From Klebsormidium nitens (taxonomy: Eukaryota; Plantae; Klebsormidiophyceae), in the NCBI GenBank assembly GCA_000708835.1, contig DF237542.1:1-54242 (forward strand): a stretch of DNA of 54,242 nt, given 5' to 3'. Of this stretch, positions 28,517-41,200 are shown piece by piece (positions within the stretch are counted from its first letter, which is position 1; every line of letters starts with the position of its first letter). The notes under the pieces are model-generated. The model worked only from the letters and a program-made list of their open reading frames with translations. It did no database searches and was not told the DNA's origin. Position numbers and translations under genes: made by a program.

Positions 28517-31500
28517 ATGGGCTTCATTGATCCACATTCCTTTGCGGATGTGGACCAGCCGCTGGTCAAGTCGGTGGCCCTGGAGCTCCGCCTAGATTTT
28601 GACAGCAAGACCATCAACGCGACCGCAGACTACGTCCTCAAGAGTGCAGCCAGCGGCACCCTCGACTTTGACACGCGTGACCTCGGTGTGGAAGCAGTCA
28701 CGGGGGAGGGGGGCGAGAGTGTGGCCTTTGACACGGACCACAAGGATGCCATCAAAGGACAGCGCCTGCGGATGCACCTCCACGGTACAGTGGCCCTGCC
28801 CATCCGCATTTCATAACCTGCCTGGCTTTGCCTCCCTCTCTCGCAGCTGGCGCTCAACAGTGGACTCTGAACATGCAGCCCAGGCCTGAGCAGGGCACCA
28901 CGGTGTGCCCGTGCGCGCTGATCATTTGTCAGCATAGCACTGAAGGTCAGTCAATTGGCAGATCTTCCCGCTCAATGGATCCCCTGATACCAATGGGGAA
29001 AGTGCTGACGGACTTTCTTGCCTGCTGCCAGGTTCCCGGCTGTTCATCCGCTACCGCATCCCCCCCTCCGCCAGTGCGCTGCAGTGGCTGGAGCCGGCGA
29101 TGACAGCGGGCGGCAAGCTTCCGTTCGTTTTCACACAGTGCCAGCCCATCCACGCGCGCTCCCTGTTCCCCTGCCAAGACACCCCCGCAGCCCGCATCTC
29201 ATACGCGGCCAGGGTGGAGGTGAGGCTGCGCAAGGGCCCGGCCCTCTTCCTCCGCCCGTACAAGCCGGGGGGGTTGTGCGGGAACCCCTGACAATGAGGC
29301 CGTGGTGAAAAGGACGCATGCATAAGGTGGCACGCTTGTCCTTTCAAATTGGCCTCTCACGCGGTCCAATCACAGATGTAGGTCAATATATCTTGCTTCG
29401 AAGGCTTCTTAGAAACCCAATTGATCAGTCAGTACGCCAGTACTGCTGTGTTAGGAAGGACCCAAGGCAAATTCTCACTATCTAAATTCCGGAGCGCTAG
29501 GCTGTTAGGTATGGGGCCCCGAAGATGTTCACTGGATTGCATCACATGTACATTGCTGGTTTCATGTCCTGTCACTAGGTGTTGCGGACGGACAATCTCT
29601 CACAACTCATGGTACCCAATGTCAGGTCCCAAAGGAGCTGCACGTGGTGATGTCAGCCGTGCACCTGGGGCGGGAGGAGAGGGGCGCCACTGCGTTTGAG
29701 GTGTTTGCCACGGAGGAGCCCATCCCTCCGTACCTCTTTGCATTTGCGGCGGGCGAGCTGCAGCGCCAGGACCTCGGCCCGCGCTCCGCAGTGTACGCTG
29801 AGCCCAGCATGCTGCAGGCGGCCGCGCGCGAGTTTGAGGTGAGGCCCACACGGCTCCGTGTGACATGCGCGGGCCAACTTCAGAATCTCGAATCCTTTTA
29901 GGACGCTCTGGACACTTTGGAGGATTTGCGGCGGACGTCCGGGTTTCGTAACCCGGACTGCAACCATCAGCTTTTCTCGTCCCCAACATTTCTTCTGCCC
30001 GGCTGTGCGCAGGACGTGGAGGCCATGATCAGCGCAGCGGAGGCCCTGTTCGGGCCATACAAGTGGGGCCGCTTTGACATGCTGCTGATGCCGCCCTCGT
30101 TCCCGTACGGCGGCATGGAGAACCCGCGCATGGCCTTCATGACGCCCACGCTCATCACAGGCGACAAGTCGCTCGTCAACGTTGTGAGCTGCCGGCCACC
30201 GCGTGGCATACTGCAGGACGAGCCGATCGAAGGTTCCCTGATTTGGCTTCCTATGCACGACAAATCAACTTTCAACTGCGCTTTGATGCCAGTCCGCACT
30301 CTTCCTTGAGCAACTTTTCCTGGTTAGTCATCTACTATTTCGCCTTCCTAAAGGGTCCCTCAGGCAAGCTCTCTTCCACACCTCCGGCGGCCGTCGCCTG
30401 GTCTCACGCTCGCCGCTGGCTGCAGGTGGCGCACGAGCTGGCGCACAGCTGGACGGGCAACCTGGTGACCAACGCCACCATGGACCACTTCTGGCTCAAC
30501 GAGGGCTTCACCGTCTACGCAGAGCGCCGCATCCTCGAGGCCACCGAAGTGAGGCTGCAGTGCCCGAGGCGTCTGCTCGTCTTCTCTTGGATGCACCAGT
30601 TGCGTGATCTGTTCGTTGCTTTTCTGCGAGTCCAGTCAAAGTTATTATCCAACCGCGGCTGTCACGACCTCTGCCCGTTCCCGTGCAGGGCCCCGAGCGC
30701 GTTGCGTTCCACGCCGCCATTGGCTACGCGGGCCTGCTCGAGGAGCTCGAACGCTTCGGGCCCGACTCCGAGTACACCAAGCTGCGCATGAACCTCGAGG
30801 GTGAGCTGGGACCCTCTTCGCCGTGGCATTGCATGCTGCCGGGCGCTCCAGATTGTCATGCCGGCAGGTGGAACTCCTGGCACCGCAGCGGCAGTACAAA
30901 GAACGGGCCACTGCTTTCCTGCACCCTGTTCTGCCCTGACGCTCCTTGTTTTGTTGGGTGGCCCCTCCCCCAGGCGTGGACCCCGACTCGGTGTTTTCGC
31001 GCGTGCCGTACGAGAAGGGCCAGCTGCTGCTCCGCGCGCTCGAGCAGGCCGTGGGCCGCCCCGCGTTTGACGCGTTCCTCCAGGTGTGTCCCCTGCGCCG
31101 CAGCTCAGCTCCCTTTCCTCTGCTGTGCGTCCAGGCGTGGACCCGGACGACGTCTTCTCGGACGTCCCCTACGAGAAGGGCTTCCTCTTCCTGCGCCACC
31201 TCGAGACCGCCGTTGGGCGCCCCGCCTTCGACGCCTTCCTTCAGGTGACCCCTGCGGCCGCCACCATGCAGGATGGGCAAATCGGAAGCAGCCATTGCCC
31301 CACGGGGCTTCCGCTTTGTCTGCTGGGGCTTCTCACCATCGTCCAGCCTGTTCTCATCCTGTTTCCCCGCGCTGCGCAGGCCTACATCGCGCACTTCCAG
31401 TTCCAGTCCATCGACACCGCCACCTTCCTGGCCTTTCTCCACGCGCGCCTGCCCGGCTTGCCCCCCTCGCTGGACCTGCCCGCCTGGATCGACGCCCCGG

Positions 31501-32733
31501 GCCTCCCATCCAACGCGCCCGTGCCGCGCTCCGCCGCTCTCGACAAAGTCAAAAGCCTGGCCGCGGCGTTCCCCAGCGGGGCGCGCCTCTCGGAGGAGGA
31601 CCACCGCGGCTGGCAGGTATTTTCGTGCAGCGCCACCCAGCCTTGCGTTCTCTGCTCGGTGCTGTCTACCCTGCGCCCTGGCCGACTGCGCAGCCCAAAC
31701 AAAGAGAGCGCTTCTGTGAACACTTTTTGGTTGCTTCCCGCTGCTCTTCTGTTGTGCCGAACTGGTGCGGTACCAATGTGTCGTTGCGGCTGCCCTAGGT
31801 CCAGCTGATTGTTTGGCATCCTCAACGTACCTGTGCTGCATGGCTGTTCGTTACGGATGGGGCAGCAAAGCTGGTCGAGTCAATTCCGTCGTCAGCCGCC
31901 AACGACCGCCCTCGAGCTCCCACTTGTTTTTGACGGCGGCCCGCATGTCTTCCCCCGCCCCTGCCTGCCCGCACTGCTCCGTCGGCTATTCATGAAGCGG
32001 CCCCCCTGTTGCCCCCTTCGCGCTGCCCGGCTGACCGCTGTGCTGCCCGCGCTGCCCCGCAGTACCTGGAGTGGCAGACGTTCCTGGACGCGCTGCCCAA
32101 GCGGCTGCCCGCGGCGGACGTGGCGTGGCTGGAAGACCACTTCCAGCTGGCGGCCGCGCCCAACCCCGAGATCCGGATCACCTTCCTCGTCATCGCCGCA
32201 CACTCCGACTACCAGCCCGCCTTCCCCGCCATCCACGAGGCGCTGCTCACCCTGGGTAAGCGCCGGGCACGCGTTCCTATGCGTCCGCCCCTCGGGTCAC
32301 GCAATTCGGGGGAGACGGGCAGAGTTCATGTAGCAGCAGTACCGCAGCTGCAGAATCGTGTCATTGTTCAGAGGGAGCACTCGCGTGTGTTTCGCTCCAG
32401 CTGGATATCCTGCCTCGGCTTCTTGAAGCCGGCTCGGATGAATTCGGCTAACTTTCGCACGAACTGTTTCTGGTGCCGTTGCCGGCTGTCTTGCTACTCC
32501 CGGAAAGCAGATGTGGTCCGAATGAACAGCGACGCGCCCATAATCTGCAACTGGACGGGTTGGCGCGTGCAGGGCGCATGAAGTACCTGAAGCCACTGTA
32601 CGCTGGCCTGCTTGCGGGGTCGCCGGACGGCCACGCCCTGGCCAGCCGCACTTTTGCCACCGCGGCCCCCAAGTACCACCCCATTGCGCGCACGGTCATC
32701 CAGGGCCTCCTGGACAAGGCTGCCACAAGGTGA
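28517..32733 (+). CDS. LTA4H: Leukotriene A4 hydrolase-like M1 zinc aminopeptidase, ~591 aa, with a duplicated exon 7
   Basis: Exons 28517-28784, 29032-29219, 29626-29838, 30013-30183, 30426-30548, 30689-30800, [30974-31083 or 31135-31244], 31380-31616, 32063-32255, 32573-32733. Motifs: [41 protein letters not shown] (HEXXH-18-E), PYEKG and [10 protein letters not shown]. Confidence 0.96.
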
Positions 32734-33800
32734 CAGCCAGATGGTGGGCGCGGCGCAACAGCTTGCCGGGGGCCAGCGGGCATCGCGGAGGCACAAGCCG
32801 CCTCCCAACGGCGTGGATTAACGATTGAGGGCCTAGGGTCAGCCAAGAAAAACAATTGTCAATAAAAAGGCATGTGGAGGTCATGCCACCGGTTTGGAGC
32901 AGGCTTATGACGAGACCTTCATTACCCGTTGTTATGGCACGCTATTAGTTGGTCGTCCGATGATTGGCCCAATGTGGTCAGATACTCCAGGCAGAGGCCA
33001 AAATTTGACCAATGCCTGAGGCGCGGCTCACAGGCCGCGAGGAAGCTTCTCTGTGTCGTTGGGCCGGTGCACTGATTCGAACGAGCCTGCACATATGGCC
33101 AGAGCTTAGAGCTGCCGCCGGCCATGGGCATGGCGGATATCGTATAAGGCTTGATTGAATACGTTGCCTGTAATCATTGCACTCATATGTACTCCAGTAG
33201 ATAGTCAATAAATTGCATGTAGGCTGCACGCCATGGTCAGGCCGTTTGACCATGTAAGTTCACGACTGATGCATAGCCCTAAACCTCATGGATCATCAAT
33301 GCACAAGAACAGCTTCTCGATAGAGGGTATGGTGCATCACGTTCATGTCTTGACAAAGACGAGCATAGCGGTGCTGACCAGATTGTATCCAATGCAATGG
33401 AATAGCTGCACAGTTGATGACCTTTCAAGTCGACCATGGTCAAGCAACCTGCCGCCCATTGGCGCTTTCTTCCGGCAGCCACCGTTTGGTACAGTATGAA
33501 TCGTATACCTTGATCTGATGCACCTACGTGTTGCATTATACAGACGCTTGTACTTGCGTTTTTCTAGCATACCTATACCTGCTATCTTTGATGGATGCAA
33601 GCACAAACCCCGGTGGTTCTCCAACTCGGCGAGCAACATTGCTCGGTCAAATCAGTGGCGCAGAGCGCAAGAGCAAGCCCCTAAGTTTGACGACCTCAGT
33701 CGAGCCTGCCGGAAGAGAGGGCAATGGGCCCTTCCTTTCTAGCTGCGCGCCTCAGGTGGCGGACCTTCCCCTCCAGCCCGAATGTCCCTCTGCGAGCTGG

Positions 33801-36800
33801 CTATCCCTGCTGGTCCACGAAGTCCTGCAGCGTCAAGTTGCGCGCGGGCTGCCGCAGCTTGCGCAGCGCCTGCGCCTCCACCTGCCGGATGCGCTCGCGA
33901 GTGACCTGAAACACGCACACAATCGCGACACCAGGTCAAAAACTCAAACCGAGGCAGTTGATGATGGACTAGGTCAAGAGACTGTCCCCCTGGGCTGGGC
34001 TACTTTAGGCTGAGGGAACAGAGGGGTGTATAGCCAGCTCTGCCTCCAGCAATGAGCATGCAAGCGCAAGCGCACTCTGAACCACTCCCATGTCCGTCAG
34101 GCAGCACATCCAAAGTAGATTCTGAGATGGACCTCAAAAAACCATGATTCCAAAGGGCGAATGCACACCTGCTGTTTGTGTGCTCGAGACAGTTTCATAA
34201 TAGCTGCACAGGCTCAGAAACCACTCATACATAGTGTCTGTATCTTCTGCACCTCTCAAAAAGTCTTACCACTCCTTTCCCCTCATCCGGTCAGCGATAG
34301 GGCAAACCTTTCGCCCTTAAAGTACTAGTGAGGGCAATGTGATGCTTAAACAACACAACTACTCAACAACCAGGAACGGCAGCGTATCGAGGAACAGCAG
34401 CATGAGGTCCTCGAGCCGCTCTGCTGTGTTGGGCGGGGGGCTGACCTGGAAGATGTTGCCAATCTCCTCGAGGGAGCGGACCTTGGCCCCGTTCAGGCCG
34501 TAGCGCATGGCGATGATGTCGCGCTCCTTGGGGTTCAGCGTGTGCAGCACGTTCATCATCGCCACGTTGACTGCCTGCGCCGTCTTCACATCCTCCACAC
34601 TCTCCTCGTCCGCCACCACCAGCGAGTCCTGCATGCCCAACCCGTGCCTGCACGTCAGCAACAATCCGGGAACCACTCTGGCTGCATGGCCATGGATGCA
34701 TCCAGCGGGCACTGCTGTCTGTTGCGAACTTGGCCCCTGTCCTCTCATCCAAGCTGTAGTCTGTCAGCCGCAGTGTGGCAGGTCTCAGCTGAGCCCTACG
34801 TGCGTTGGTTGCGCGGGCTCACAATGAGTTTCCTGCCGGGTTGGTCCTCGTTGCCGGCCTCCCTGTCGGTGGACATGATGGGCTTGTTGACCTGCAGGCA
34901 CAGCGTGACCTTCTCCACGGGCAGCCCGCACAGCGCGGCAATCTCGGCTGCAGTGGCTGGCCGCCCCAATTGGTCAACCAGCAGCCGCTTGGCGCGGTAC
35001 ACCTTCGTGATCGCCTCGTACATGTGCACCTGCACCAGAGTACGCCCGCTCAGCACCACCGCAAGAGGGGGGCTGCGGCAAGGGCCAGCGTAGCACAGCA
35101 CTACAGTGGGTCAGAGCAACCCTTTCAAGGTTGCAAGCACAACACTGGGCTTGGCAGCAGGTGCACAGGCACAAAGGAGGGCGAGTAAGGCGTACCGGTA
35201 ACCGGATGGTGCGCGAGTTTTCTGCAACAGCGCGCGTGATGGCCTGCCGGATCCACCAGTGCGCGTATGTGGAGAAGCGGAACCCCTTGGTGTGGTCGTA
35301 CTTCTCTACACCCTTGATCAGGCCCAGGTTGCCCTCCTGTGGACACAGAGGAAAGACAGGTCTCGCGCTCAACTCCTTGCAACAGGCGGCAATTCTGGTA
35401 GCAGAGCAGCAAGCACAGCGCCGCAGACGCACTGCAGCTGCTACTCTTGTCCAGCCCAGCACACAGCCAACCACTGGCAGCTCGTTGTTGGTGGCTGGGC
35501 CGCGAGAGTGCTCACCTGCACAAGGTCCGTGAAGTCCATGTTGCGGCCGACGTACTTCTTGGCGACGGAGACCACCAGGCGCAGGTTGGAGCGCACCATG
35601 AGGTCCTTGGCCTGGTCGCCCAGCGCCCACTTCTCGCGCAGCAGCGTGGGCGACATCCCCAGGCTCTCCGCCAGCTCGTCCAGCCCCACGGGCCGCCCCG
35701 CTTCCGCGGCCAGCACCTCGCGCACGCGCTCCCACTCAATCTTCTCCTTGATGCACGTCGCGCACTCCAGCTCCTCCTTGGGCGTCAGCAGCTTCGCCGA
35801 CCCCGCGTTCACCAGCATCTGCCCCACGCTGTCCTCCACAAACACCTCGCGTGTCCCCGCCCCCCCGCCCCGCTCCTTCCACCGCACCCGCATCGCCGCC
35901 CGCTCCGCTCGCCGCCGCCGCCGCTGCTCCGTGCGACTCTCCGGCTCCGCCACTGCACCCATCGCCCCTTTGATGGAAGCCTTTTTACGAACCCTAGGCT
36001 CTGGTGCCTCCGAATGTTGCACCGTTTTGATCCTTGCCCCTGCTAGACTATCATCATCCACCTGCTTTTCGCGAGGCTTCTTTTTGGGCGCCTTCCGCTT
36101 GGCTGCCGGCCGCAGCTTGCCCGCCTGGCGCTCCCGCTCCCCGCCCCGCCGCTCCCCGCTGGGGCCCGCTGCCCCGCCCCGCCCTGCAGCTTCCTGCTTC
36201 CTGGCCTCCTCCAGCAGCAGGTAGTCCTCGGGGGTGAGAAAGTCGGTATAGCGCGCCTTCTGGGAAAAGGTCTTGGCCTCCTCCTCCAGAGCCACCCGCT
36301 CCGCCTCCACAATCTTGGACGCTTCCGCACTTTTCATAGCTGCTTGCGCCAGAGAGTTGATCTGCACAAAAAGGCACTGGCGCGCATGATGGGTGGTGTC
36401 CAACAGCTGAATCCTGAGTCGGACCATCGGGCAGGTTGAGGGCAATCAAGGGATACCGATGCGCCAGCACTGCCGAGTGGTGCATTCATGCCGGGGCTGC
36501 TCGGGGTGCAGTGGGGGTGGCTGACCTGGGACAGGGTGCGCACAAGGTCCAGCTCCTTCTGCGCCTCTGCGTCATCAAAAAGATGCCCGCGGTACTCCTC
36601 CTCTGTAAACGTGTCAGCATGCCCGCTGGTACTTGTGCTGCTCTCCAGGGTGCCCTCTAGAGCGCGGGCGTGCCACGGCAGCGGCCCCGCCTCCAGGCTG
36701 TCTGCTGCGGAACTAGGGATAGTGGTAGGGGCGCCCACAGCAACAGCCATTGGCCGGTAGTCATGCATAGAGCAACCCTTTCTAGAGCTGGCAAGTAACC

Positions 36801-37094
36801 TGCAAACGAACAGGAGCACAGGGGTAAGTGTTGTCAACGCTTCAGCATGCTTGGGCCATGCTCACGGGTTGCTAGCTTGAGGTCGCAGAGCCATCTTCAG
36901 CCAACCAGCTGTGATCCATCAAGCGATGCCTAACTGGGCCCTCACATTGCAACATGTCCACCCAGGAATAGATGTGCGGCCTACCTCGGAGGCCACAGGG
37001 AGTGTGGCAGGTCGAGCACACCATTACCATCGGAGCCCCGGGCAGAGAGCACCCCCGGGCTGATGGGGGTGATGGCAGCGATGCAGCTGCTCAT
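33801..37094 (-). CDS. Nuclear-encoded plastid RNA polymerase sigma-70 factor, 7 exons, ~621 aa
   Basis: Exons (minus) 37094-36985, 36799-36526, 36361-35516, 35336-35196, 35029-34823, 34628-34446, 33905-33801. Region 2 ([49 protein letters not shown]), region 3 ([11 protein letters not shown]) and region 4 ([33 protein letters not shown]). SIG subfamily not assigned. Confidence 0.94.
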
Positions 37095-38287
37095 GGTGGC
37101 CTTGCCGGTGCACAGCAAGGTCGAGGGGCACAGAGACTCAACAGGAGCAGCTGCGCACACACAACCGCACAGGGTTACGCCAGATAGCAGGAGCAGAACA
37201 GGGAGGGCGGGGACCGAGGAGGCTGCGAGCACTTGGGAAATGCACACAGCCAACGCACAGAGGTAGGATCACTAAGCCTCTTAAGCCTCAATGTCAGTGT
37301 GGAAGTTGCTCATGCAACCTTGGACTCGACCGACCTTTCCACACCCATCACAAGGTCAGGGACTGATGGATCAAGAAGACTCTCTTGCAATTGAATCATA
37401 GAAGATGTCTACCGTACTGACCTGCAGCAGCCCTCCAGCAGCCAGCTAAACACGCCATCGCAAATGCCACATCCCCTCCTGAGACACCTCCAGAGACAAA
37501 CCCTGCAAAGTTGCAACTTGCAATTCAAAACTTTGCCCTGGGCCTAGGCTCATGCATTGGCAAGCCCTATCCGGTCAGAGCTCAAATATCAGCCTCAATT
37601 TTCGTCACCCCGCGCGCGTATCGCTAAGATATTTTCGGACTGTCCAACACTCACAACCTCACCGTCCGACGACAGATTCGGACATTAAAGTGGGCGTCCC
37701 GGATAACCCGTAACGCCTGACGTCAAAAAGCGACATCAGAGTGGATATTCAAGCTTGCCGTCGCCGACAAAATACGTCAGCAGATCCTGTGGCAGCGACC
37801 ATGCAAAGCATATCTGGCACTTGTTGTGTCGCTGCAGTTCGCGGCGACCTGACGCCCTCTTCAAGCACGTGCCACCCAAAAGGAAGGTGCCATCAGAACT
37901 TTCTTGCCGTCGATTGAGGGCAGCATTTGATCGGACGGTGAAGAAACCCTTCTTTTGGACTTGACAACTGGCAGTTTCCAGATTCTGCCAGCTGGCAAGC
38001 CTGCATAACCAGGCGGGCGGGCCAAGGCATGCAATGCCAAGGCAGAGCGCACATGCCGAGCCTCGCCTCAATTCATTGTCAATGCCTGATTATGAGCGCC
38101 AGCAGGGCGCCACTGCGATGCTGGCGTTCTGAACCACAGTCTAGTGTTAACAATAGTTGGCTGACAATGCTGGAGGAATGCGTTGAAGAAATGCGTGAGT
38201 AGCTGATATAGTAGTGTACATTTCAGGTTGAGTGCACCATGGTGTGGCTCAGAAGATCCTGCCGGAAGCCCACTCTGATGGAGTGCA

Positions 38288-41200
38288 ATGGGACGCCGCA
38301 GACAGAAGGAAAGGGCGCAGCAGCAGAGCCGCCGGACTCAGCAGGTTTCAAGCTACCCATGTGTCGAGCAGAGCGAAGAGTCATCCACACCAGCCGCTGG
38401 CTGTGATGCAAGTGGCTCTGTTAAGGGTGACAGTGCAGCCCACTCTACCCGCAGCTCTGTGGCGGCTGGTGGGGACAGTATGAACGACAGCAGCACCGGG
38501 TGGGGAGGACCTCCTCTGATGATTGCAGTGCTGGTGGCGGGGACGTTTGGGGACATGCAGCCATTTGTGGTGCTCAGCCAAGAGCTGCAGAAGGCGGGCC
38601 ACCAGATCAGGTGAGCCAACAGCGGCGCCAGGATCCCCAAGCTCAGCCTCCGCTTGGACCATACTGGCAGTGGCTGCCAGTGGCAGTGCCAAGCTGGGCA
38701 CGACGATGCGGAAGGATGGGTAGGAATGCCTCTTGGTGATGACGAGCATGTTTGTTGGAGTGTTGAAGTAACTAGACTCCTGTGAACCTAACAGCGCCAC
38801 ATAGTTGTGTTTGTTCTCATTGTTTCCCGCCAATTGTCTCTCCAGTACAGCAAGGGCGCTGGGCGAGGCGCCTTCTCTTCGCTTACTCTTACACATTACC
38901 TAGTGCAGGCTGGCAACGCACGTCAACTATAAGACGTTTGTGGAAGATCAGGGGGTAGAGTTCTTCCCACTTGGGGGTGATCCGGAGTTCCTCAGCAAGT
39001 GTGAGTGAGGAAATATCCTCCAATATCTGTTCTGTGCCTGCTGCATCTTTCTGAATTTAGGGGCACTTCCATGGCCCTGATTATTCCGAGAAGCCCGCCA
39101 GCCAGGCTCGGATTCCAAGGGGGGCTCACTGTGTTCCCCGTCATTTGCCCCTGCTGCCGGAGCATCCCTGCCTGCTTGGCAGCATCACGAGTCTGCCAGT
39201 GGGTGCCCCGCAACCTGACTTGCCCCGCCGCGAGTGCAGTGATGGTGAAGAACCGCGGGTTCCTGCCTGCGGGCGTGAGCGAGCTGTCCCGGCAGCGCCA
39301 GGAGTTCCACAACATCCTCTTCTCCACGTGGGATGCGTGTACGCGCCCCACCCCTGCGTCCAACCGCCCCTTCCTCGCCAACTGCATCATTGCCAACCCC
39401 CCCGCCGCAGGTCAGACAGAAAGAAGTTCGCCCTCAGATTGCGTCTCCTCCCCTGGAACGAGACAGTCTTCGTTCTGAAACCTGCACCAGGGCCTCGTCA
39501 GCTGGTTCCCCTTGCGTGCTGACTCCACCTGGTTCCCCGCTCTGCGAAGCCACCAGCTGTGGGCGAGTGGTGACGTGGCATCTCTCCGGTGGTGCAGGCC
39601 ATGTCCACTGCGCGGAGAAGCTGGGCGTGCCGCTCCACATGGTCTTCACCATGCCCTGGAGGTGCGCCTCCGCTGCCTGCCCCCTTCCCGGTCCTCTAGG
39701 CTGCACAATGTGATCTGGTGTGCCTGGGCCCCCCATGTCTGCTGGTCCCCCTCTTCGGCCTCGCTGGACTGTAGTGTGCATTGTCTCTCCCCTTTCCTGG
39801 CCCAGCTTGAGGCCGCGTGCCTGGCGCCCTGTGTGCAGCCGCACGTGGTCGTACCCCCACCCGCTGTCATACACGCGCTACAGAAGCGGCGTGCGCACCC
39901 TGCGCAACCGCCTCTCCTACTTCGCCACAGAAACATTCATCTACTCGGGTGAGCCTTGCAAGTTCGAGCCAAGATATTAGAGGAGGGGAGACGAATGTTA
40001 TACGCTTACTTACTGTCAGAACGGAAGGAGGGAGAACGTGGACTCCCAAGCCGACGTAAGGGACCCCTCCTAGCTATAACCCCCTAGGATCGACGGTCTG
40101 GGTTGACTGGATTCACTGATTCTGACCGTCAATCGAAGAGTTTATTGTTGAAGGGGGTCCTACGCAGTCTGCCGGGAGCCCTTCCTTCCTTCCGTTCTGT
40201 CAGCAGATGCCAGACTCCTGGGCCCCCTTTTCGTATACACCTGATGGACCCCTTTCTACTTTCTGGTGTTCTTTGTCATCCGGATCAAACCCCTTGATTT
40301 TACATGGTTTGAGAGCTTCCATCATAGAAGTTGTTATCGTCTTTGTCTCAATCATGTAATCCAGCCTGGTTGGTGACATTGTCTCACGAATTCGGGTTTC
40401 GGGTTTGTTGCTCAGACATTGTGCTTTCGTGGGTGCCATGCAGGGACGTCTGACATCGTCCAGAAGGTGACACCCGTCACCTTGCTTACCCACCAGCCAT
40501 CCCCGGGTGCTGGCTCATTAATGAGGGCGCGTGCACTGTCCCTTCTCTTGACACCTGCCGCCCTGTGTCTTGCTGCTTGCCGTGCCTGTGCCTGCTGCTG
40601 TGCGGTGGGTGCGTGAGCGTGTGCTGGCGTGCAGTTCCGTGTTGACCTGCTGGGCTTGGAGAAGGCGCCCACGTTGGGTGGTGCGGCCATGACCCTGCAC
40701 TCCCTGCGCGTGCCCTTCACGTACGCGTGGAGCCCCGCCCTGGCGCCCAAGCCGGCCGACTGGGGCCCCCACATCGCCGTCACCGGCTTCCTCTTCCTGG
40801 AGGAGCGCCACGAGCAGCGCTACGACCCGCCCCCGGCCCTGGCAGCCTTCCTGGCGGAGGGCCCGCCGCCGGTGTACATCGGGTTCGGCAGCATGGTGGC
40901 CAAGGACCCGCAGAAGCTGACCAACACCATCTTCAGCGCCGTCGCTGAGGTGCGCGCGCGCCCAGGCGCCCCTCGCTGCACAGCCTCTACCGCATAGCCT
41001 GCGACACCATGCTCACCTGTCCCTGGACCAACTGCAGGTTCAGGGGCATAAACGACCCGCCACGGTCTGCTCGACTACCCGATCATTGTGGACGCGTGCT
41101 TTGTGTGCAGGCGGGCGTGCGCGCGGTGATGAATCGCGGGTGGGGCAAGTTCGGGTCGAGCGACCCCCCCAGAAGCATCCACCTGATCGAGCACACCCCG

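Noticed and set aside
30645-31841. Long antisense and alternative-frame ORFs over LTA4H, and likewise over LysRS, the sigma factor and the glucosyltransferase
   Set aside because: Shadow ORFs caused by very high GC in coding exons. They have low-complexity Arg/Ala/Pro composition and no motifs.
37627-37635. Evening-element match (AAAATATCT on the minus strand) ~530 bp upstream of the sigma factor ATG
   Set aside because: A single 9-mer is expected by chance a few tenths of a time in 54 kb on two strands. There is no second copy or other support.
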